Source: a virus. Taken from it: DNA of 36,496 nt. Position numbers and translations under genes: made by a program. Every line of letters starts with the position of its first letter. Positions within the stretch are counted from its first letter, which is position 1. Positions 1 to 9,036 of this stretch are shown here, piece after piece. The stretch is from IMG/VR virus record IMGVR_UViG_2518645528_000001, one strand, 5' to 3'. The notes beneath the pieces were generated by a model, which was not told where the DNA came from, searched no databases, and saw only the letters and a list, made by a program, of their open reading frames with translations.

Positions 1-1221
1 TTATCCCACCACTATCTTTATTTTTTTACCGCTAGCTACGTGCAATTCCATATCGCCTGCATTATTTTTGAGATACGTGTTCGAATCAGCAATGCCAATC
101 TCTCCATTCACTTCCAATTTTCTACCGGGACTCGTTGTACCGATACCGACATTGCCTCCGCTGTCTTGAAGGACAAGATTCATTCCAGTCTGGGTATTAT
201 AGTCATGTGCCAATATTCTTCCAAATCCGTATACTGTACCTGGTGCTTGCAGAAGAATAGCTTTCCTGTTAGCGCCCCCTCCGTTACTGACAATGAACCG
301 TGCTCCTGTATCTTTTGCTACTTCAAGCGGTTCGTTTGGATTCGTTGTACCGATACCGACATTGCCAGATGGATCGATCTTCATATGGGTTACACCTTTC
401 GTTTCAAGTAACACACTGCCACCTGTACTATCAGCAGTTGATAAGTACAAGTTCCCGAGCTCGCAGAGAGCAACCATATCGTTGCCAGTCGTGTAAAGTT
501 TACCCCTCCATGTACCGCTTTGTTTAAATTGTACTGCAGGATCGGTCTTTTCAATGGAAAGGTTGCCGGACATTATGTTACTACCGCTCAGATTCAGTTT
601 TGCATTAAGTGCGTTCTGCAGATCCGTCTGATTGCTCAGCGTGCCGGTGATTGCACCCCACACAGCAGCGCCTGTGCCGATCTCCTGCCACAGATCGTTT
701 CCCTTTCCGATATACAGCTTGTCAGTATCGGTAGCCCAGTATGTTGCCCCCTCCTCCGGGGTTGCTGACTTGGAAGCATCCAGTCCCCGGGGCAGTTTTA
801 ATCCGTATGCGAGATCCCAGACATTCACAGGCGACTGCGCTTTGGTCATGAAACCGCCCACGCCGACGATATCAGACTTGCATAGCCCCTCATCATCAGT
901 CACATAGTCCCAGTTCCTTCCAGTGATCATGCTCACGATAGACTTGTTTGTGCCCATTGAGAGATTCTGAAGCATCGTGTTATTTCCGCCGTATCTCCAG
1001 AGATAGTTACCCTCACCGCCGCCTGCGACGATCTCGACATCGTTGTAGTATGCTTTCCCGGTGCCGTATGTCCGCAGGTTGATATCCTTGTCAGGTGCAG
1101 CCGTGATATCAAGCCCGATCCGTGACATGATCCGATCAAGGATGAGCTCACGGTTGTTTTCCATGAACTTCAAGAATGCTTTTTCCAGCGCCTGCTGCTG
1201 TTCATTCGTGTAGGGTTCCAT
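1..1221 (-). CDS. Tail fibre / receptor-binding protein (406 aa)
   Basis: Last gene of tail module; two GNVGIGTTxP repeats and a WGAITGTLSNQTDLQNAL motif typical of tail-fibre/adhesin proteins. Confidence 0.7.
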   Translation of the reverse strand: MEPYTNEQQQALEKAFLKFMENNRELILDRIMSRIGLDITAAPDKDINLRTYGTGKAYYNDVEIVAGGGEGNYLWRYGGNNTMLQNLSMGTNKSIVSMITGRNWDYVTDDEGLCKSDIVGVGGFMTKAQSPVNVWDLAYGLKLPRGLDASKSATPEEGATYWATDTDKLYIGKGNDLWQEIGTGAAVWGAITGTLSNQTDLQNALNAKLNLSGSNIMSGNLSIEKTDPAVQFKQSGTWRGKLYTTGNDMVALCELGNLYLSTADSTGGSVLLETKGVTHMKIDPSGNVGIGTTNPNEPLEVAKDTGARFIVSNGGGANRKAILLQAPGTVYGFGRILAHDYNTQTGMNLVLQDSGGNVGIGTTSPGRKLEVNGEIGIADSNTYLKNNAGDMELHVASGKKIKIVVG

Positions 1222-2675
1222 TAGTCTTCATACTCCCAATCGTAGTTATATTGCTGAAGCGTAAGCGACTCATGCACTCCCTTGCCTGCAAAACGATATT
1301 CTTGACGAATACAGAAAAAGTCCGTGGCTGCTGCTGCCAGCTCATCATAGATATTCACAGTCTTGCCTATCAGGTCAGTGTAATCGATCCAGGAAGGTAG
1401 CAACTCAAACGATGCTGTAATCATAGGGGCATGGTACATACGAACCTGCTGGATAGCATAATCGTCTGCATCGCCCTGTGTTGTGATATCGTTCTTCAGC
1501 AGCGCTTTTGCTTTCGTGCCGTAGTCGTTGATACTTTTTCCTGCAATCGCAAACGTACATTCATCAACGGTGATCTTGCAGCCTGAGAAGCTGTTCACCT
1601 CGAAAGCTTTCACAGCGCCGCCGCTGAGTGTCGCAAAGCGGTTGTTTGAGAAATGGAATCTTGTGGAATATGCAGGCACTTCCAGGAAGAATCGCTCGTG
1701 GATCTCTTCAGGTGGAACACCATCATCAGCGCCGTTGATCAGGACGTTACCTGTCTTGTCAGATCCTGTTGTGTTTTCTATCTTGATCCTCAGGTATCGC
1801 CTCTGTGCAGGCTGATTAGTCGCATAGAATTCTTCCGAGTTGGTAGGTATGCTGGTCTCTACAAGGATCTGTGTTGTAGCCTCCTGTCCTGGCACGGTCC
1901 TGTATAATTTGCTCTCAAGGCCGCCAGAGCCGTACACCCTGCATACGTTCAGCAGCCTTGAGTAATCTTTCTCTAATGTTTTAGGCGCTGCTAATTGAAA
2001 ATTCTTGTATATCTTTGTTGCAGCTTGATCAGTGTTCACCATCTGCGGAATTATGTAAATGTAAAATTCGCTTTGCAGTGCATCTATCTTTACAGCCCAT
2101 TCCCCGATATGTACTGTCTCTTCGATATCTAAAACTTGCGTCAGGTCCTGCAGAGCTGCAAGGATGGTTTTGCCTGTATAGTCCCTGCTGATCTGTGTAC
2201 CGAACAGACCCGCATCGTAGTAAGGCAGCTTAGAAGTATCGTATTTGTAGATCGCCTTTTTCGTGATACCGTAATCATTAGCGATTCGGCACAGGTCTGT
2301 GAAAATTGCATTTATTGTCTGATCTGTATAATCAGCGCCGTCATCTGGATCAAGTATAACGCCTGCAAGCTCTTTATCCCATGAAACTCCTGTTACTGAA
2401 AAGTTACTTTTGTTGTTGCCTTTGAAGCGGTAATCAGGATCTCGGATGAAGCCATCGAAGATCTTCGTAGAATTTGCATATAAGCGCACAGGCCGGATCT
2501 TCTGAAGCTCTGTATCCAGCGAAGAGCGCTTACTCTCTATTCGCAGCATATCGCCTGCGAAAATATCCCTCTGGAGAGTAATTATTGCGGAGCGCTGGCT
2601 GTCGTAGACTGATGAATAAGAGCCTGAGCCGAAGCCGTCAGGGCTTTTTACATATACCTGCAGATCAACTGACAT
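1221..2675 (-). CDS. Tail tip / baseplate hub-like protein (484 aa)
   Basis: Position between tape measure and fibre; own late promoter; size and N-terminal pattern fit hub proteins; no decisive motif. Confidence 0.55.
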   Translation of the reverse strand: MSVDLQVYVKSPDGFGSGSYSSVYDSQRSAIITLQRDIFAGDMLRIESKRSSLDTELQKIRPVRLYANSTKIFDGFIRDPDYRFKGNNKSNFSVTGVSWDKELAGVILDPDDGADYTDQTINAIFTDLCRIANDYGITKKAIYKYDTSKLPYYDAGLFGTQISRDYTGKTILAALQDLTQVLDIEETVHIGEWAVKIDALQSEFYIYIIPQMVNTDQAATKIYKNFQLAAPKTLEKDYSRLLNVCRVYGSGGLESKLYRTVPGQEATTQILVETSIPTNSEEFYATNQPAQRRYLRIKIENTTGSDKTGNVLINGADDGVPPEEIHERFFLEVPAYSTRFHFSNNRFATLSGGAVKAFEVNSFSGCKITVDECTFAIAGKSINDYGTKAKALLKNDITTQGDADDYAIQQVRMYHAPMITASFELLPSWIDYTDLIGKTVNIYDELAAAATDFFCIRQEYRFAGKGVHESLTLQQYNYDWEYED

Positions 2676-2698
2676 TGTTTAAGATATTCGCCTGTCAG

Positions 2699-2716
2699 TT
2701 TAAAAAGCTGAAAAAG
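2699..2716 (-). promoter_or_regulatory. Late-promoter motif copy (tail hub gene)
   Basis: CTTTTTCAGCTTTTTAAA, 24 nt before ATG 2675. Confidence 0.65.
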
Positions 2717-2784
2717 AATATTATGGGTTATTTTCCAGGAAATAATGCAAAATTATATATATGATAAATAATTTAATATAGAGC

Positions 2785-2988
2785 ATGGAACAGAAAGATG
2801 TTGAATTGGTTGAAGCAATCCCATTCCCATGGATTATAGTGCCTATAGTTTTTGGAATCCCTGGCGGGATCACTGCCTATCTCGCAACTCATGATAGAGA
2901 TCCTGAACAGGCCCGCGTAATGCTTGAAACAGGGACTGGAATATCTTTTCTCTGGCTCTTTTTCATTGTGGTGTGGTATTTCTTCTAA
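2785..2988 (+). CDS. Small two-TM membrane protein, antisense to tail operon (moron-like)
   Basis: 67 aa with two hydrophobic stretches; AT-rich TATA-containing upstream region 2745-2780; stop overlaps tape-measure stop. Confidence 0.65.
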   Translation: MEQKDVELVEAIPFPWIIVPIVFGIPGGITAYLATHDRDPEQARVMLETGTGISFLWLFFIVVWYFF

Positions 2989-4484
2989 GTCACGTTTCCA
3001 CGGTTTATCGTTGTCACTATTTTTTCTTCCATCAGTCGCTCAAGCGTCCGTCCGTCCAGCTCTATGTTGATGGTCTGCTGCATAGGCATATATGGTCTTT
3101 CAGGTTCGAATTTTGGCCTTGGCGGCAGGGCTAACACCTGTTTCTTGATTTCTGCCCCCTGAACCTTGGCAAGCGATTCTTCAAGCGTCCTGGAAGGCTG
3201 GAATGTAGCACCGGGTATTACGGAAGGCGTGGGCACACCGGCGCCGGTATATGAGCGCATCCTTACCCCGGTCGCAGCAACATCTGCCGCCTTCGTTCTT
3301 TCTGTGTTGATCAGCCGCTGTATCTCAAGCTCCTTCTGCTGATACTCAGCTTTCGCTTTTGCTGCAATGATCGCATCCCCGTCTGCATCAGCCTTTTCCC
3401 ATGCAATCCTTGCGCCGTCCTGCTCGATCTTGAGTAGATCTCTTGCATATCTCAGCCGTTCCTGCTCGATAAGCTTGGCCTTCTCTGCCGCAGATCCGGG
3501 GCCTGCTGTAATGGCTGCAATGGTTGCCTGAAACTCAATCTGACGTTGTTCTGCACGCATTGCTGCAGATCTCATTCTTTCCTGCAGTGTCTCGACCTCA
3601 CGTCTGAGCCGCTCAGCCTCCTCACGGGCATTGCTGAAGTTTGAGGTCAGCGAATCACCAAGAAGATCGGTTGCTGTCTGTGCCCTGGCTGCCTGAGTGG
3701 AGAGATAGTATAGCCCCCCAGCAAGAGCAGATAATATCAGCAGTTCCGGCGCCATCGCTCTTATCCTGGCCGTCGTCAGCATTGTAGCGATCTCTACTTT
3801 CTTGAGCTGTGCGATCATGTTGGTAGCGAACTTCACAGCCAGGGGTATCTGCCCGACCATCGTTACCCCGATCATTCCAAGCGATATGTTAGCCCCCATG
3901 TTGGCCTTATCGAGATTGTTCTGTGATCTCACGAGTTCATTGTTAGCTATGAAAGCTTCTCTTGAGTTCTCGCCATACTTCGTCACGGCTTCATTGTACC
4001 GTACCTGTGCGCTTGCTAATGTGGCCTGAGCATTTGCCACGTTGAGCTGGGAGATCTCGATGCGGTCAAGAGATGCCATGAAGACCTGCCCCATATGTCC
4101 GACTTGCTGCAAACTATGAGCGGATGCAGAGATACGGTCTGCGAATGATTGAGTAGCCACGGCGGCCTGCTGATTAGCTGTGGCGACCTGTTGAGTGACT
4201 GTCACTGCACTTTGCCCGGATGCCTTATATTCTTTCCACTCAGCTCCGATACGGCGGATAGCTGCAGTATGTGCATCAGCATGTGATAGGCCCTGTGCAA
4301 AGCCTTCTTTCATGTAAGGCCCCATCTTGCCCTTGATGAACTGAGCCCAGGACATGGTTGCAGCTTCTGCCTGCTTGATGTTGTTTGTTAGATTGTTTAC
4401 GTCTGCTGCTGCTGAATCTAATGATTCAAAGCCTTCCTTACGCGCTGATATTTTTACAACGATATCCTTTATTGATTCAGGCAT
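2985..4484 (-). CDS. Tape measure protein (499 aa)
   Basis: Ala/Gln-rich helical and coiled-coil composition, hydrophobic central segments, follows the tail chaperone pair. Confidence 0.8.
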   Translation of the reverse strand: MPESIKDIVVKISARKEGFESLDSAAADVNNLTNNIKQAEAATMSWAQFIKGKMGPYMKEGFAQGLSHADAHTAAIRRIGAEWKEYKASGQSAVTVTQQVATANQQAAVATQSFADRISASAHSLQQVGHMGQVFMASLDRIEISQLNVANAQATLASAQVRYNEAVTKYGENSREAFIANNELVRSQNNLDKANMGANISLGMIGVTMVGQIPLAVKFATNMIAQLKKVEIATMLTTARIRAMAPELLILSALAGGLYYLSTQAARAQTATDLLGDSLTSNFSNAREEAERLRREVETLQERMRSAAMRAEQRQIEFQATIAAITAGPGSAAEKAKLIEQERLRYARDLLKIEQDGARIAWEKADADGDAIIAAKAKAEYQQKELEIQRLINTERTKAADVAATGVRMRSYTGAGVPTPSVIPGATFQPSRTLEESLAKVQGAEIKKQVLALPPRPKFEPERPYMPMQQTINIELDGRTLERLMEEKIVTTINRGNVT

Positions 4485-4653
4485 AATCTTGCTCCTCTTG
4501 CTGCGGTTTTTCTCTTTCTCTCATGCTGTTCAGCACCATCATGTAAGCTGAAAACGGCAGGTTCAGCACGTAATCAAGCGGCTGACCCCATTTGATCGCT
4601 ATCGTTGCTATGCTGTTCACGAATTGTCGCTCTGATTCTTCGACACTAAAGGG
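4477..4653 (-). CDS. -1 frame extension (gpT-like part) of tail assembly chaperone
   Basis: Slippery heptamer C CCT TTA (4653-4647); -1 frame reads SVEESERQFVNSIATIAIKWGQPLDYVLNLPFSAYMMVLNSMREREKPQQEEQDYA* and ends overlapping the tape-measure start. Confidence 0.75.
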   Translation of the reverse strand, partial: PFSVEESERQFVNSIATIAIKWGQPLDYVLNLPFSAYMMVLNSMREREKPQQEEQDYA

Positions 4654-4976
4654 CTATCGCCTTCTTCTGCTTCTGTCTGAGGGAACAGCGCGACCAGATA
4701 CAGATCCAGCTCTACCCCGAACTGGAAATAAAAAACAACAGCGTTTGCGTCTATCGCTTCTTTGATCTCTATAGGAAGCTTTGCCCTCTCGATAAGCCGA
4801 TCTGCAAGCGCCATCACCGCATTGTTCTTGAGCTGGACAGCCTCAAGCGATGCACTGCCGTAGCCGCGCAACACAGCATTCAGGAGATCGAAATCTGCAA
4901 CCCGGGGGCAGGGTAAGGAGATCTCCTTACCTGCAAACAGGATCTTGAGATCCTGCCCCTTGAGATACTTCAGCAT
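4617..4976 (-). CDS. Tail assembly chaperone (gpG-like, 119 aa)
   Basis: Between major tail protein and tape measure; carries slippery site near 3' end. Confidence 0.75.
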   Translation of the reverse strand: MLKYLKGQDLKILFAGKEISLPCPRVADFDLLNAVLRGYGSASLEAVQLKNNAVMALADRLIERAKLPIEIKEAIDANAVVFYFQFGVELDLYLVALFPQTEAEEGDSPLVSKNQSDNS

Positions 4977-4979
4977 TGT

Positions 4980-5621
4980 TTAGGTCACCGCCATGACCTC
5001 AACCGGCGGCTTGAACGAAAAGTTGAAAGTTTCATCATGCTTCCCGCCGACATTCAAGCTGCCTCTCGTTCCAAGGAACTTCACCTCTGCTAAGATCGTT
5101 CTCTCTGCCTTGGTAAGATCAGGCTTTGCGTCCTGTATTGCAAGCAAGCAGGGAGTCTCAGAATCAGCATAGCCTTCGATCAGCGCAACCTCAGTCTTGT
5201 TGTTCCGCAGCAAGCTTACGCTGCCAGTACCTTTCCTGGAGACAAGATCTGTAGTTACTACTGTGCTGTTGAGTTCTTCCCAGTCGTCTGTAGTGGCATC
5301 CGTGCTATACTCAATGCCCTGCTGTATCCTCATATCCGCTTTTGCGGTTTTTGGATATATAATCTCTATAACGCTGTTAGCAATACCTGTTGCCGTGATC
5401 ACATATGTTTTTGTCCCACCTGTGACCGAGGTGGGTGTAACCTTCGCCCCGTTTGCATAGACGCGGTGATACGGTTTGTTGTTCGCATCTGCCACGGTAT
5501 CAAGCAGCGGAGTATCTGTTACCACAAAATCAGTCTGATTACCTGAACTATCTGTATAAACTTCCTTTCGGCATTCATATAATTTGACCCATGCATGTTT
5601 TGCTCGTGTTGGCGCTACCAA
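4980..5621 (-). CDS. Major tail (tube) protein (213 aa)
   Basis: Position after tail terminator; beta-rich C-terminal half; own late promoter plus GGTGA SD. Confidence 0.7.
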   Translation of the reverse strand: MVAPTRAKHAWVKLYECRKEVYTDSSGNQTDFVVTDTPLLDTVADANNKPYHRVYANGAKVTPTSVTGGTKTYVITATGIANSVIEIIYPKTAKADMRIQQGIEYSTDATTDDWEELNSTVVTTDLVSRKGTGSVSLLRNNKTEVALIEGYADSETPCLLAIQDAKPDLTKAERTILAEVKFLGTRGSLNVGGKHDETFNFSFKPPVEVMAVT

Positions 5622-5657
5622 ATATTATCACCTATATGAATAATATTCGACTGTAGC

Positions 5658-5677
5658 GTTATAAAGCTGAAAAAAGG
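5658..5677 (-). promoter_or_regulatory. Late-promoter motif copy (major tail gene)
   Basis: CCTTTTTTCAGCTTTATAAC, 37 nt before TTG 5621, GGTGA SD between. Confidence 0.7.
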
Positions 5678-5687
5678 AAATGAAAAG

Positions 5688-6110
5688 TCAATTATCAACG
5701 AACACAACGATCCGCGCTTCCAGCCCGGTAACGATCTTGTTCTGCAGCAGCGTGCTTGTGATCCTGCTGCTGTAGCACTGCGCATCTGCTGCCTTTCCGT
5801 TCAGCGAAGGATCAGCACGGATAAGCGCCTTAAGCGCATAGTCCTTCTTGTTTAAGTTGACCTCATGACCTGTATAATCGAGGTAATACACCTCAACCTG
5901 ATAAGTGAGCGTGTCTTCTGTCAGCGCCTCATCAAGCTCTGATTCTTTTGTTTCTCTCTCGATCTTTGCGATAAACATGCACGGAAAAACAGCATTCTCA
6001 AGCGTCATGGTGTTGAGATATACATTTCCCGAAGCGTCCGCAAATTCCGCATCCGCTATGATCTTTGCTTTTATAGCATCCGTTATATCATTATACTTTG
6101 TGTTTGTCAT
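5688..6110 (-). CDS. Tail terminator / completion protein (140 aa)
   Basis: Size, position and FPCMFI...YQVEVYY pattern typical of lambda gpU / SPP1 gp17-like proteins. Confidence 0.65.
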   Translation of the reverse strand: MTNTKYNDITDAIKAKIIADAEFADASGNVYLNTMTLENAVFPCMFIAKIERETKESELDEALTEDTLTYQVEVYYLDYTGHEVNLNKKDYALKALIRADPSLNGKAADAQCYSSRITSTLLQNKIVTGLEARIVVFVDN

Positions 6111-6540
6111 TAATTGAGTCCTCCACAGCCTTTAAGAAATATCCTGTAAGCGCATTTTCAGTGAGTGGATCCTCTACAGTACTTCTCAGGAAGCTTCGTT
6201 GCGGTATCGTCCTTGTACCAAACTCGTGATACGCGGCTATCCTTGATCTGTTTCCGAACACACCGACAAGCGCGACATTGCTTTTCAGGTGTCCGTAGTC
6301 TGCTGCGATCTGTGAGCGCATGAGACCGGTATCGATGAGTGGTGTGCTGCTGCCCTTTCTCCTGATAGTTGCCTGTTTGAGCGGCGGCGGGATTCCTCTT
6401 GTGATCGCGTCTTTTGTTTTCCGCTCAAGGAACATTGCAGATTTCTCAAGCGCATGCCTGACGTTAGTATCAAGCCGCTCATGAAATCCTGCAATATCTT
6501 TTGCGACCTCGAATCCTTCGACCTCGATCTTCAGGAGCAT
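6091..6540 (-). CDS. Neck / tail-completion protein (HK97 gp10 / Mu gpG-like, 149 aa)
   Basis: Motifs PPLKQATIRRKGSSTPLIDTGLMRSQI and YHEFGTRTIPQRSFLR. Confidence 0.8.
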   Translation of the reverse strand: MLLKIEVEGFEVAKDIAGFHERLDTNVRHALEKSAMFLERKTKDAITRGIPPPLKQATIRRKGSSTPLIDTGLMRSQIAADYGHLKSNVALVGVFGNRSRIAAYHEFGTRTIPQRSFLRSTVEDPLTENALTGYFLKAVEDSINDKHKV

Positions 6541-8252
6541 CAGTATGCTAGCCTCCCGCCGGTTTGTCGTTCTAGGTCGCTTGATAAATATGCTAGCTGC
6601 CAGAAAAACGCGCCTGCAAGCGTAGTGTCTGATGCCCAGCCGCCATGAAGACCTACGCGCCAGCCAGATCCCCCATAAAAATAATCCGTGATCTTTGTTG
6701 TGGCGCTAGCACCGACCGCAGCAGGTAAGAATCCTCTGCTTATCTTATGTAGCGTGCTCTGCCATCCGTTTGATGGTGGCAGGGCGATACCCAATGCAAT
6801 ATATCCTGTGGCTGTATTATCTGCGAATGTGGAATCGTTGTTCGATACATAAGGTACACGGTCATTGATATTGATACCATCAACCCATTTCAGTATGTGC
6901 CCGTACCAGTTCTCGATCCCTCTGTATGACATATACGAGCCGACTACACCGGCGCCGTTATCTACGTTGTTGGTTCCGTTCCCGTCCGAATTTGAGATGC
7001 CAGTATAATTTATGGGGTTGTGTCGGTTGTAGTTTAACCAGGACGCACCCCCCCAATCCGTCAGACCCTTACCTATCGCGCTCTGCGAATTGAACGAGGC
7101 ATACTCAACAAGATACAGCAGTTGTATCGCTAAGATCAGATCGTAATCCTGCTGCCGCCATCCTGCTCCACGGTTCTTCGCTGCTGCTCTGAAATTAGCT
7201 CGTGTGCCGTAATTGATAGGTGCTTTCCCGCTCACTGATGCAAGCTTATCACCTGTTGTTGCAGTCCAGTCTTTTTCGGTCTCAACTATTGCTGAAGCAG
7301 TCTCGTCTACGAGATCTTCTTCAACTGTGATGCTCTGATCGCCTGTCGTGGCCACTGTGAATGTGCCGTTGTTGTTCGCAGTGCCTGACACCTTTATTTT
7401 ATCTCCTACCTGCAACGGCGTGTACGGGTTGGTCCTGTTTGGCTGCGTTATAGTCTTTGTGGCTGCTGTGAATGTCGTTTGATCGAAAACTGGATCGTAC
7501 ACTCCATTTGTGTACCGTGATGCGGAGACATCATACATGACGCCTTCATATGCGCCGATATACCTTGCAGATACGTTCACCCCGTTCTTGACGAATGCAG
7601 GATGTAAAGTGAACCCGGCCTTCGCTACCGGGCTGATCTCCCATAAATGAACGCTTCCGTCATACAAATACCGGTAATAGAAGGCAGGCATTTCGACCAT
7701 GACCTGGCCGTCCGTGCCGTCGATGTTTGCAGGAGAGCCGTCTGCCTTTTTCGTCGAATCAGCCGGGTCAAGGTAATACTGCACAACCCCTGCATCATTG
7801 AGAATGCAGCGCTTCATAGCTGCCTGGATCGGAAGTACTGCATTGCCGGGACTTGAGCCGACCGCAGTGCCGTGAAGCGTGCCCGTCCTGGCGTATGCAT
7901 CTGCTGACTCGTCCCAGGTCACGCCGTACTGTACTATAGGATCAATCGTTCTGATCATCGCCGCCATATAGTATGCAGTAGCGCCCATGTATGTGATCTT
8001 CTCAACGCTCATGATCTCCCAGTCCACACCATCATACGTGATCCTGTCGCCCACGCTGACCACCTGCGAAGTCTTGAAATGCGCTATGAAGTCGCCGACC
8101 TGAATAAGCCCCTGCTTAACATACTTAGCGTCTGCTGAAGCTATGTTCAGCACCGCTTTGATATCAGTCTCGAACCCATATATGCCGACACCGATCTTAT
8201 TTTTATAGACTATGCTTGTCCCGTACTGCTCAATAAGATTATCGAAGTTCAT
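6540..8252 (-). CDS. Head-closure (stopper) domain fused to C-type-lectin-fold adhesin of DGR-target type (570 aa; start moved to ATG 8252)
   Basis: N-terminal ~100 aa with VGDRITYDGVDWEIMSV resembles SPP1 gp16-like stoppers; C-terminus GWRVGLHGGWA...AGAFFW...SS...GGRLAY matches the DGR variable-region pattern. Confidence 0.7.
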   Translation of the reverse strand: MNFDNLIEQYGTSIVYKNKIGVGIYGFETDIKAVLNIASADAKYVKQGLIQVGDFIAHFKTSQVVSVGDRITYDGVDWEIMSVEKITYMGATAYYMAAMIRTIDPIVQYGVTWDESADAYARTGTLHGTAVGSSPGNAVLPIQAAMKRCILNDAGVVQYYLDPADSTKKADGSPANIDGTDGQVMVEMPAFYYRYLYDGSVHLWEISPVAKAGFTLHPAFVKNGVNVSARYIGAYEGVMYDVSASRYTNGVYDPVFDQTTFTAATKTITQPNRTNPYTPLQVGDKIKVSGTANNNGTFTVATTGDQSITVEEDLVDETASAIVETEKDWTATTGDKLASVSGKAPINYGTRANFRAAAKNRGAGWRQQDYDLILAIQLLYLVEYASFNSQSAIGKGLTDWGGASWLNYNRHNPINYTGISNSDGNGTNNVDNGAGVVGSYMSYRGIENWYGHILKWVDGININDRVPYVSNNDSTFADNTATGYIALGIALPPSNGWQSTLHKISRGFLPAAVGASATTKITDYFYGGSGWRVGLHGGWASDTTLAGAFFWQLAYLSSDLERQTGGRLAY

Positions 8253-8253
8253 T

Positions 8254-8361
8254 TTACATCCCGAACACAAAAGCCAACACCAACGCTACAAACGCTGTGG
8301 CTGCCAGTATCTTTGCCAGGTTCTCTAAGTCCTTTTCATCACGTATGATCCGTATCTGCAT
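8254..8361 (-). CDS. 35-aa single-TM peptide (not in ORF track)
   Basis: MQIRIIRDEKDLENLAKILAATAFVALVLAFVFGM*; ATG overlaps upstream TGA, stop 1 nt before next ATG. Confidence 0.55.
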   Translation of the reverse strand: MQIRIIRDEKDLENLAKILAATAFVALVLAFVFGM

Positions 8362-8900
8362 CAATGCCACCTCTCGATATTGTCGTTCTCTGTCGGTGAT
8401 ATCGCCATCTCTGGAAACCCGCGTCTGAACTTCTGAATGAAATCAAGCATCCGTGCACGGTAATAGATATCCTCTTTCGCAAGTCCCAGCACAACGTCCA
8501 CGAGCTTCATCATGAAATCATGCTTGTAAGGATACGAATCATGAAAGTTCGCGCGGATGTATTCTTTCGTGAATTTCTCAAGCTCTGCAAGGCGCAGATC
8601 ATCGTACCTGTAAGCGTCCTGATCATAGTGCTTCACCATTGCGCTGTGCGCAAAGTCGATAGCTTTCAGGATGGCTTTCTTGATCACGTCCTGAAAGAAC
8701 TTTCCCCGTACATGGTGATACGGGTTATAGATAAAGCCGTCCCTGGAGCTATTGTCACCTTCCAGGTATTTTGGATTGCGCTCACTTGCAGGATTCCAAA
8801 AAACTATTTGCTGCCCGTTCTCCTGTACTATTTTGGAGAGATCCTCGATAGATACCTCCCCTTTGTTATATTTTTCAATTGCTTCTTGTATATTCAACAA
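8361..8900 (-). CDS. Hypothetical protein (179 aa)
   Basis: Clean ORF with GGTGA SD and TTG start; no recognised motif. Confidence 0.7.
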   Translation of the reverse strand: MLNIQEAIEKYNKGEVSIEDLSKIVQENGQQIVFWNPASERNPKYLEGDNSSRDGFIYNPYHHVRGKFFQDVIKKAILKAIDFAHSAMVKHYDQDAYRYDDLRLAELEKFTKEYIRANFHDSYPYKHDFMMKLVDVVLGLAKEDIYYRARMLDFIQKFRRGFPEMAISPTENDNIERWH

Positions 8901-8901
8901 A

Positions 8902-9036
8902 TCACCCGCTTGTAACCATATCTGCCATTATTATCTCGCTCCTGAAATATATATCATACCAGTCCTTGAAATCGTACTCCTTGCGAGCAAGCCTCAAAGC
9001 CTGCTTTTGCCTGTCTGTATAATACGAACACTGCAC
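8902..9036 (-). CDS. 44-aa hypothetical peptide (not in ORF track)
   Basis: GTG start directly after upstream stop; MQCSYYTDRQKQALRLARKEYDFKDWYDIYFRSEIIMADMVTSG*; fills gap exactly. Confidence 0.4.
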   Translation of the reverse strand: MQCSYYTDRQKQALRLARKEYDFKDWYDIYFRSEIIMADMVTSG

